In this document: in pieces, positions 18,979 through 35,800 of the stretch
Position numbering within the stretch: position 1 is the stretch's first letter
Layout of the letters: the number at the start of each line of letters is the position of its first letter
Origin: Orbicella franksi
Taxonomy: Eukaryota
NCBI GenBank assembly: GCA_964199315.1
Contig: OZ116700.1
Location: forward strand, 34,410,001 to 34,474,000
DNA: 64,000 bases
Direction of reading: 5' to 3'
Translations under genes and position numbers: made by a program
The notes under the pieces: model-generated
What the model saw: only the letters and a program-made list of their open reading frames with translations
Databases searched by the model: none
What the model was told of the DNA's origin: nothing

Positions 18979-19162
18979 TGTGTTCCAGAAAATATCTATA
19001 CCCCAGCCTGCAGAGCGTTTTTTGGTCTAAACCTGCCATCTCTCTGGAAATTCCAGTTTTGGTTCATACTTTCCTTTAAAAATGTTGCCTTTTTAGAGCC
19101 CCCTGTTCCCTCCTTAGAATGACCCCTATGTTGGGTTGGTATCGCTATTTTCTGGAACCATA
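18979..19162. mobile_element. MITE with GTTCCAGAAAATA...TATTTTCTGGAAC ends; relatives at ~5033-5140 (partial) and 30692-30874
   Basis: Inverted termini; shared TTCCAGAAAATATC(C/T)ATA motif between copies. Confidence 0.65.
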
Positions 19163-20244
19163 AATTTGTCTTACGGTGTGCTTGATTTAGCAGTCAAGTT
19201 CCAAGCACTCTAGATATTGTTTTATTAATACGCGTAATATATAGATAGTTTCACCTTCGATGGTCATGGAGGAGTGACTCTACTTCTGTGGGTTCATTCT
19301 GATCTACAATGAAACACAGACTTGATATGGAAGTACCCTTTTAAAGCAATTTCTAGAGTGTTTGATGTAGGAGAAAAGTAAGGAATAAATTCAGTGAATC
19401 TGCCCACTTCGGTTGTGGTAGCCAAACCAGTTACTCCTGTTTTTCCGTGTTCACTGATGACTTCTCAACATGTTTGAGAACGCTGGCTTTTAATTATTTA
19501 CCAGTATGTCTGTGTTTTTCTGCTGTGGCCCTATTTTGCTCTTTTACAGGTGTGCCGACATTACCAGTTCTCTTAATTAGGTGGGAGAAACTGACTAATA
19601 TCAAAATATATTAAGTTCCTTCATTCGTGTGATCTGCACATTGACTTAAGTCGATATGCAAAAAAGAAATTTGATGAAGATCACTTGGTAACAGAGAGAT
19701 GTGTTCCTTTAATTAATAAATGTACATGAAGGTTCTTTGTTGTGTAAAGACCAATTTATAATTCCTAGCTTGTCTTTTGTGCTCTATTTATTTTTATTCA
19801 ACATTATTATTGAGTTGAATTGTGACTTGACTGAATTGCTTGATAAGTGATCTAATCCCAGCTGTTATCAGTAATATTATACATGTTTGGAACATGCAGC
19901 TAATTATCTGAAAAGGCCAGGCTGATAGTGTAGACTTGAGTTTTTGTAGGAGTCGGTACACTTAGGTCATGGAAAAGTCAAGAATCATTCTGATCAATAA
20001 ATGAGTCGATAAATTGCAAACGGTATTGATAATTAAATTCGACTGGCATAAAATCCCTTCTGGTCACCCTCCTGGAACTTAACCAGGATATTTGTCGGAG
20101 ACTGGAATTCAGTTTAAAGACAAATGCACTAACAGACCCCATAGCTTAAAACTTCTTCTCAAAACCTGGTTGAAATTTGATTTCAGATTAAACTGCCTCA
20201 AAGCTGAGGGAATAGATTGAACTGTGCTGACAAAGAATCCCAGA

Positions 20245-20627
20245 CAGGGTTGCCACAGGTTAGGGGAAGAAAAAACTTAAGGTCAGGGAAAGGGAAATTT
20301 TTTTTGAGTCGGGGAAAGTGGACATTTTGAAGAAAAGTCAGGGAAAATTGGAATAATTTAACCCCGCTGAATTAATACCTTTTAAGGCTGGAAGAAACAT
20401 TTGGGGTAACTGTTTTCAATGATATTTTCAATTGCTGAAGAAGAAAAATTTGTTTTAAACTTATCAGTTTTGATGAAAGATGGAAGGGATGGATGGGGAT
20501 GTAAAATGAGGCTAGAAGCTGCTATTATATCTGACATTTTGTATTTAGTTGGTCAGAGAAATTTTTATTTTTATCAGGGAAAAGTCATGGAATTTTGAAA
20601 AGCCATGCCAGTACAGTGGCAACCATG
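20245..20627. mobile_element. MITE with CAGGGTTGCCAC...GTGGCAACCATG ends (hAT-like termini)
   Basis: 12-bp imperfect TIR; no clear 8-bp TSD. Confidence 0.55.
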
Positions 20628-20987
20628 GCAGACCTTTTCATGTCCAGAAGAACCAAAAATGTCAATATTATCAGTGTTCATGTAAGATTCCCACAAACAT
20701 GACCATGGGACGTAAATGTTATGACACTGTAGATCAAACTACCCAAGATTTTACGTAATTATGGCCGTCTACCCCCCCCCCCCCCCCTCCGCCCCAACCC
20801 ACCTTCTCTCCCCTCCAAAAATAAATAAAGAAATAACTAAAACGCCCGTGACATTGCTTTAGGACTAGCACTAGTTTGACTCGAAAAGGCTCACGGGAGC
20901 GATGACAAAGCAGTCGTTAGTCATGCGCAGTAGCATTATATTCTGCCATATTTGAAATTCAGAGGAGAATAATATTGTTTGTCCAAA

Positions 20988-28031
<7,044 letters not shown>

Positions 28032-28472
28032 GGACAAAACCTACCAAAAGACAAAAATAATAGAAGTTCTCCCTGAGAAGCCACCATGAAGATGCCAACT
28101 GGGTGCTGTGTCCATCAAGTTGAGCATTAAAATGGGTTTTGGAAATAACCCATTCAAGTGCCTTGTCAAAGTTTTTGTTTTCATAGCAATAGGATTTGAA
28201 GTCGAAAATAGAGAATGTTTATGTTATAAGTAATGTATACCTTTTGTACAAAATTAAAGTGTTTGGAAATAACAAAAGGGTTTTCACTCTAGCCTGATCT
28301 CCAGGGGTTGGGAGTATTCTCCTAAGTTATGCAAACCTGCTTGATAGCGTTTTCCACCTTGAAAACAACTGGACTCAGCCTGTTACAGTTCTTTATAAAC
28401 ACTTCTAAAATATAATACAGGAGCAATTTCTGTGTTCAGCTTGAAGAGCGAGGGATCATATTCTGGAGCAAA

Positions 28473-28634
28473 CAGTGGCAGATCTAGGGGAAGGGCCGGG
28501 GGGGTTCGCCCTCCTCCCCCCTCTCCAATTTTGGGTAAAAAAAAGAAGAAATCACAGAAGGAAGAAAAGCCAGCAGGGCAAGCAAAACAACCCCCCCCCC
28601 CCCCCCTTTAGCTTCAGGTCTGGATCTGCCACGG
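28473..28634. mobile_element. MITE with CAGTGGCAGATCTA...TGGATCTGCCACGG ends
   Basis: 14-bp imperfect TIR; GCAAA direct repeat at 28468-28472 and 28635-28639; internal poly-G/poly-C runs. Confidence 0.65.
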
Positions 28635-29224
28635 GCAAAGCTAGTGCTCAACCCTTGAATGATGCTTTCCACAGGTTTCCTTGGGGGCTACACACCCAAG
28701 ACTGTTCAGAACTACGGCTGCAAATCTGTTTCAAGTTTATTACCCATAAGGCTGGCAGTGAAGTGTGAAGTGGTACCAACTGCTCACCCTCTCAAATTTC
28801 TTCCCATGCAATAAATGGCCTGTGAGCACTGCAGAGTGGAACTTCAGCAGAAGTCGGGGGAAAGGTGAAGGGACGTCCTATCGTTTCTTTTGTCCGTTCC
28901 AGTTTTCTCCCACAGTTGTTGTTCGCTTTAAAGTAATAATGTCTGTTCCCTAACCTGTAGCCTCTGTGCATAACTCTTGGTAGGCTAGACGTGACCCTAG
29001 TCCACTGTTCCATTGCACAAGGTGTGACCGGAAGTCCGATTACTTGATCAGGCCTGGGTACTAAAGTTGTAGGCTGAAGCATGAAGCGAAAGACATGTCC
29101 ATATTTGCCGATAATATATGTTAGATTAGTGTTCTTTCGAATTCTAGAGCTCACATCACATCCATCCCCTCACGTGTTGTTAACATTCGGTAAATACTCC
29201 GTCAAACGTGTTTGAAACCTTGCC

Positions 29225-29345
29225 GCAGTTGAAATAGTAGACGAGCCGAGCTGAACGTGGAACAAAATGGCGTCCAATTCTAAATCCTCTCGTGATCTCT
29301 TGATTTCTGGCGTTCGTCAAAGAATGTAAACATTTGTTGGTGAGT
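29225..29345 (+). promoter_or_regulatory. Putative promoter-proximal first exon of the Roco gene
   Basis: YY1-like AAAATGGCG (29263-29271), GTGAGT donor at 29340-29345, pyrimidine-rich acceptor CCCTTCAG ending at 32085, CCGGAAGT ETS-like motif near 29028. Confidence 0.5.
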
Positions 29346-31208
29346 CAAAGGTTTTCTTGTTTAGTCGTTAGACTAACTGTAAGTTTTTAACGTGAATAAG
29401 GGTCAGCAAGTCGTTTGCGTTCAACCATTTATTGTTTTACGGATTAAAATCTATACGTTTAATTTGTTACCCAATCTCACATAAGGCCATTTGCATTTGT
29501 TATGCCTTTTCGTTTATAGTCTGTGGTATATTGTTAAGTTTAAATTAGACGTGCTACGATTTGGTTTTCTCTGACCCTTATTCCGTCCTCTACACTTTCC
29601 CTCAGGGCTTGAAAGGTTATCTGCTGTAATACAATTCCTTTCGAATGTAAAAGTAAGCTAAAATCTTGCACTGATAAATTGTAAGTGAAACATATGACTC
29701 TCCCTGACCCCTCAATGTAGACTTGCCGGGAAACTCATGTTAATATTGCCAGCACAAAAGCTATCAATCCATGCTATAAATATTCATAATTTCATATGAG
29801 TTATAATTAAACATACTTTCACCATATTTCGCAATTTTAAAATAAAATGTAACATTTTTCCAAGTGATGTCAGACCAAATAGGAAACTATCTGGCTCTCA
29901 TTCACAGTAAAGGCATGGGAGTCAATTAACGTGACTGATCCCATTTCCATAACTTCAATCCAACTCCTATTTGGCTCTTGTGCAGTGTATAGTGCATTTT
30001 TTGCAACCTCATTTGCATAATGGTTAGCACCAAGAAGTCTAGGTTCAAACACTAGTTGGGGTCATTGTGTTTGGTCTTGCAGGGTTGCAGCTAAGAATAT
30101 AGTCTCCTGGTGAAAATTTTCATTGAGCCGGTCACCATTTTTCACGACAGACCTGAAACAAAATTTTCACTCCCAATCTTTTGCAATGCCTTGAATGCAG
30201 GGCTACCAAGCTTAGCGTTTACAAGATGGTGGATGCAGCACACGGAAAGAGAACATACTAAACAAGTGCTCAAAACAAGATTTCATTTCAATTACTTTAC
30301 TTGTTATAGTGGCACCGATACTCAAGGTCAGGAATTGATTCCAAACTCTTCATTTAGTTGATTTAGGTGGTTCGATATGGTTCAGATATCGAATGATTGT
30401 CTGTGCGTAACCTAAAAACCTTTCGCTGTCCTTTCCCAAGTGATTGCCCGCCAAATCCATCCAACAATCACCACTTTCTCAGCCAGAAAATGTTGCCAGC
30501 AGCCGGTGCTTAGCAACAACCCTGGCCTTGGGAAAGACATAGTCTGCACTGGAGCAAAGAATCTCATACTGCTAGATGAGAGCTTAGTGTGGTTTTCATA
30601 ACATTAAACTTCTTGGAGAATCTCTGTTTTTCGTAGATGGGATGAAAGTCCAAGAACATGAGACAGTTTCCCCAATTACTGCTCAATCCAAATTGTGTGG
30701 TTCCAGAAAATATCCATATTCCCCAGGAGGGCTACTAGAAATTCTAAAGAGGAGGGAAGTCACAGAAGCCAACATTTTTTTTTTACAGGAAACTGGAATT
30801 TCTAGAGGGAAAGGGGGGTTCAAACCAAAAATCTCTCCATGGGAAGGGTATGGATACCATTGGTCCACCACATTTGCATATTGAGGAAGGTGACATTTAA
30901 TGTTATGTTCCAAACTGGGGTGGATCAGTCCAACTCCCTAAATGAAAGAAATGCGACATCATAACTCACTGACTTGGCCTCAGAATGCTGGAAACTCCAC
31001 TTCGGAGGACCTAAATTTTAAAAGTTTTACTGGGGAGGATGTCCTCCCACTGGATGTTTTTGCAGTGCAGCATCGAAAACTAGAGTTCTTCTTTCTTTTA
31101 ACGATACTTTTCGAACTGAGAGATAATGATTGTGAATGTAGTGAAAATCATAACAAATACTTTATTTAAGAACTCCAGTAGAAAAAATAAGTCTTATCTC
31201 TGCTTGTC

Positions 31209-31500
31209 AACCAATCAATCAACTTTATTAAAGAGGGTGACACATGACGCTATAAACTGATTTAAATTAGTTGCCCTCTATGCTAAAAATCTACGAGTAA
31301 TTATAAAATAACTAAGTATAGTACAAAGTATGGACAATAAAAAGTTGCAATGAATAAAAAAGTATGTGTATAAACATAATTACAATGATTTAAAAATTCC
31401 TAACTATAACAATTACTATTATTAAAATTAACCTAACTACATACACGCAAAATTATAAAAGAATAAAAGTTAAAATATTAAGAGATTGTAAAATGATCAA
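31209..31500 (-). mobile_element. 3' tail of a 5'-truncated LINE-like retroelement
   Basis: Reverse strand reads AT-rich UTR then AATAAAGTTGATTGATTGG, a poly(A) signal plus GATT microsatellite tail as at 50909-50992. Confidence 0.5.
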
Positions 31501-31509
31501 TATTAGCAG

Positions 31510-31827
31510 CCCCCTTCCCAAAAACCCTTACCCTATCTATGATCAAGAATTTGATATGAACCTATTTATGAACTGATCGTTAAATCCAAGACTGATGTTA
31601 AAGGCATTATGAAGGGCTTTGGTTGATAGACTCGGGTTTATCGATAATGATGAAAAAGTAGCTTCTTCTCAAAAACATACCCAATTCAAGAATAGAGCAC
31701 AAAAACCACACGCTATTTAAGACCAAAATGGCCAAAATCGATACCCTATTTCTGACCAAAAAGGCAAAAGAAAAACATACCCTTTGGCCCGCATATACCT
31801 ATATAGCCCATATAAGGGAGTACTCCC
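31510..31827. repeat. Interspersed repeat ending in GCCCATATAAGGGAGTACTCCCC
   Basis: Recurring ACCCTATTT(A/C)TGACC-type submotifs and a terminus typical of an abundant anthozoan MITE (recalled pattern). Confidence 0.45.
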
Positions 31828-32124
31828 CAGGGATTTAGCCAAGCGGTTACCGTTGCTGAGAACTGGGCCCTGGAGTGAGGGTTGTGGGGGAAAGGTGTCT
31901 TGTATAGAAACTGCTAGGAATGAGTAATGTGGTCTTCTCCACAAGTTTCCTTTCTCGCCCCTCGACTTCAGTAGCCCTGAGAGATGAGGGGGGAGGCATG
32001 AAGGGGTGGGAGAGAATAACTTTGGGAAGACGTTTCTCTTCATTTACTGAAAATCGCACTTTTTTCAATTCATATTTCCCTTCAGTTTCAAGGTGCAATG
32101 CCGTGAAAGAGGAAGGCCTTCACA

Positions 32125-32844
32125 ATGAGAACCGTCAAATGTGTGCTGGTGGGAGACGAAAACGTCGACAAACGGGAATTATTCATCAAGTACATGAGCT
32201 TGTTGAATTCTGAGGTGGAAACAGCGACGGAAACAGAGGAACATGAAAATCCCAACACGGCAAACCAGCTGCATTGCAACGAGTCAACCGATGTTTTTGA
32301 AAACGGAGATGTCGCTCATGTTAATAACAGAGAAGGATCAGACGGTGAAGGAATTCACAACAGTCATCCAAATTTCAGAGTAATCCACCATCGCGATTCG
32401 GAGAACGCCAGTGTGTCGAGCGTAGACCAGGACTCTATCGACCAGTGGTCTGGCACGGTTACCGTAGCCGGCAAACATTACTTTTTGGACCTCCGTGATG
32501 CTCACTGCCAGGAGGCGTTTGACAGCATCCGCCCAGAGGCCTACAATGACACGGACGTTTTTCTTGTGTGTTTTTCTGTTGTACGGTCAAGCTCTTGGGA
32601 GAACGCATTGAACAAGTGGATACCTGAAATTCAGCATTACCGCCCTGTTACCCCGTTCATACTGGTAGGCACCCAGACTGAATGGCGCGACCTGTGGGAT
32701 GAGAAAGACACGTCGAAAAAACCGGTTTTCTCGGTTACAGGAACCGGTTATGCGCAGCAGGTGGGCGCTGTTAAGTATCTAGAATTCGCCACTGGCGACA
32801 ATCACGTCAGAGAGATTCTCAATGCGGCTGTGTTGGTCAGCATC
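32125..32844 (+). other. Degenerate Cdc42-subfamily GTPase domain with a 68-aa insertion (N-terminus of the Roco ORF)
   Basis: Constant +68 residue offset to Cdc42 from D38 to D118; G1 GDENVDKR, G3 DAHCQ, G4 TQTE, G5 EFAT. Confidence 0.85.
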
Positions 32845-35800
32845 ATGGACAGAATGGCACTGTCTACATTTCATCCCGACTTTGACAAAGATGGCTTTAC
32901 TTTGCTTCACCGAGCCGCAAAACTCAATCATATTCCTTCTCTGGAAGCTCTCGTGGACTCCATTGATGTGAACGCCAAGGACAAAGATTTACAAACTGCG
33001 TTAGATATAGCGGTGAAGGAAAACAATTTAAATGCAATACGATTTCTTCTCGAAAGCGGCTGCGAATTTCCCAACCCACCCGACTCTTGGAAGAAATGCT
33101 GCGAGTTCTGGGTCAGTGACGAAGGTGAAGACTCGGAGCGCGTCGTGAATAGCGACATTGCCGAATTCACCCGACAACTGACATTTTTTTACACGACCGC
33201 GTCGCCCCGCCCACTCGCAAGAATTCTTCTGATTGGTCAAAACGGAACGGATGTGGCGAAGTTTGTGAACGAGACTGTGCCGATCTTACCCGTTCGGTCG
33301 CTGACCATTGTGAATTCAGAGGGACCAGCTCTGTTTGACTTTTCGCGTGTCCAGTCTTCTTTAGAATCTCTAACGATGACAAACTGCGATCTCGGTTCTG
33401 CGGAGTTGCCAGGCACCTTGTACACAGTGGCGAGTCTCAAGAGTTTGAGTGTGATTAAATCGGGAGTATCACGGCTTTCTGAACAGCTTGGCGAGCTGAA
33501 AAGTATGCAGCGCCTGCGTTTGAGCGGGAACAAGATTCGGAAACTACCCGACACGATTTCCCGGCTACAGAAGTTGAAATTTGTTCACTGTGATCACAAT
33601 GCGCTGGATAATCTTCCCGATACCCTTGGTTGTTTGGGGTCGCTAGAGGGCCTGGACTTCACTCATAACAAATTGGAGAAACTGTCGGCATCGCTGGGCC
33701 TGCTGACCAATTTGCGAAATCTTTGGTTCGAGAGAAATCGTCTGAAATTTCCGCCCGCTCACATCCTCAACAAAGGAACCGAGAGCATTTTGGAGTTTCT
33801 TAGTGATTTCTTAGACGATCCAGTGGCCAACAATCAGATCAAAATGGTTCTCGTGGGAGGAAGCAAGGTGGGCAAGAGTACACTAGTGAAGGCTCTAAGT
33901 CACTCCAAAGACTGGCGAATTAGCGGAGTCGGTCCAATTTCCAAGACAGATGGGGTCCAGATATCCTCTATGAATCTAATGCGTTCTAAATTGAAAGTAT
34001 TTGACTTGGCAGGGGACGAAGCCTTATTCAGCTCGCATCACTTCTTCCTGTCAGAGAACACTCTTTACCAAGTCGTTTTTGATATGAGCGCGTACACGGT
34101 CAGCAAGACTTCGTTGCAAATTAACCAGCTTGGCAGGTTAGAACTTTGGCTTCAAGTTATCTTCTCTAGAGCTCCGAACTCTCACGTGCTTCTCGTCGGT
34201 ACTCACGCCGACGACCCGAAAATCACCGACGACATACGAACGCGCATTCGTCGAGACATCGAGGCGCTCTTGAGTAAGTATCGTCGTGAGCATAGACGGC
34301 AGTTTGAAGGAGAAGCTGTACCTCAATGTGGCCTTTGCGAAGGGACCCTCATCAGCGAGGGCTCAGCTACTGGCTCGTTTTATGTTCAGGATCAAGGACC
34401 TCCTCATGCTCCTGGTCTCGCGCCTGAACCCTGCATTCCTCACGTAGTAGGCTACTATGAAGTCAGCTGTCAGGGCCAGTTTCCCAAAAACTTCCTCAGT
34501 TCTAAGAATCGGAGCCTGCAGAAGTTTAAAGTGGGGGTGGGCTCCAGCGCCCACATTCTTCTCAGCACGAAAGTCAGTTCCCGTATCCCACAGAAATGCT
34601 TGTACGTGCGGGACAGAATACACGAAATGTGCAACGCAGAGAATGAATTGAAGAACTGGCCGCTTCTTACTTACGACCGCCTGCGCGAGATTGCGCACGG
34701 ATGCGGAGTAAAGCAAGACTTCAAACTCAAGGCTCTCATGACGTATTTTCACTCGCAGGGAGAAATCCTCTGGTACGAAGATATGCCAGGCGTTGGTGAT
34801 GTGATCTTTATTGATCCTTCCTGGTTGTCCAAACAGATGTGTCTTCTCGTCGGCTCGCCTTCTGGCGCCAGCTCGGGACTTGACGGAATATTGCGGATTG
34901 ACAACCTGGCCAAGACTTGGCCTGACGTTCCCGAAGGACAGCGGTTTTCCATGCTGACTTTGTTCAGAGATCTCGGATTGTGTTTCCCTCTTTCCGAGAC
35001 AGAAGATGTTGTTCCATTCCAACTTCCCATCGGCCGACCTGACGAGGACACATGGCCAGGGCAGCCTTCGGAAGATCAGCGGCAGATCAGCTGTGAGTTT
35101 CATTTCAGTTTTCTTCCTCCAACTTTCTTTAGTGACCTCACAGTTGCCATTAACAGGCGGGAGCTGCCGAATAGCTTCGACGTCGAACCAACATTCTACC
35201 GCTTTCACATGGTCTTTGCGACAACGTCCATCGCCAGAATGGGTTGTTCGCTCCATTGTAATGAAATCTCGGCTCATCCTTTGGCAGAGAACCTGAACGT
35301 GCACTGTGTTAGCATCGAAGGTGTCCCGTGCGAGAACAAGTTGAAGGTGATCATACGAGGAAAATTCCCTTGCTGTATTCTTCCTGATGTGAGAGCTGCC
35401 ATCAAGACTGTTGTGGACACGCGCTATCCTGGAATACGCTACATCAGACGGATTGTATGTTCCGCTTGTGAACTCGCGGCGTTCAAGAATCCCGCGCTTC
35501 TGAAAGAACTCGTTAGCGACGGCAGTAACTGTTGTTCGTGGGGGCACATTCTAGGAACCGAAGCGGAAATCGTGGCTGGTGATCTACCTGTAGACCCTGT
35601 TCCGTCTGAGTTACCAGTGAAAGGCGCTATCAGGTCGGGGGTGTTTTTTGGCGAGGCTGGTCAAATCCTAGATGACTGCTACTGCCCCAGGCTTCCTGCG
35701 GTCTTCCCGATCGGTTTTCACAGCGCGCCGTTCAAAAAGCGCCTTCGTGTCAACTCACCAATTAAAGATGGCTACTCAGTACATTTCTTGTGCGAATGTC

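Noticed and set aside
28744-28952. Possible minus-strand exon (GTDIITLKRTTTVGENWNGQKKR*DVPSPF...) divergent from the Roco promoter
   Set aside because: Contains an in-frame stop, matches no family I recognise, and has no supporting neighbouring exons.
34363-35547. 394-aa minus-strand ORF
   Set aside because: Lies wholly antisense to the Roco CDS, has no recognisable motif, and is best explained as a shadow ORF of a GC-balanced coding region; stranded RNA-seq would be decisive.
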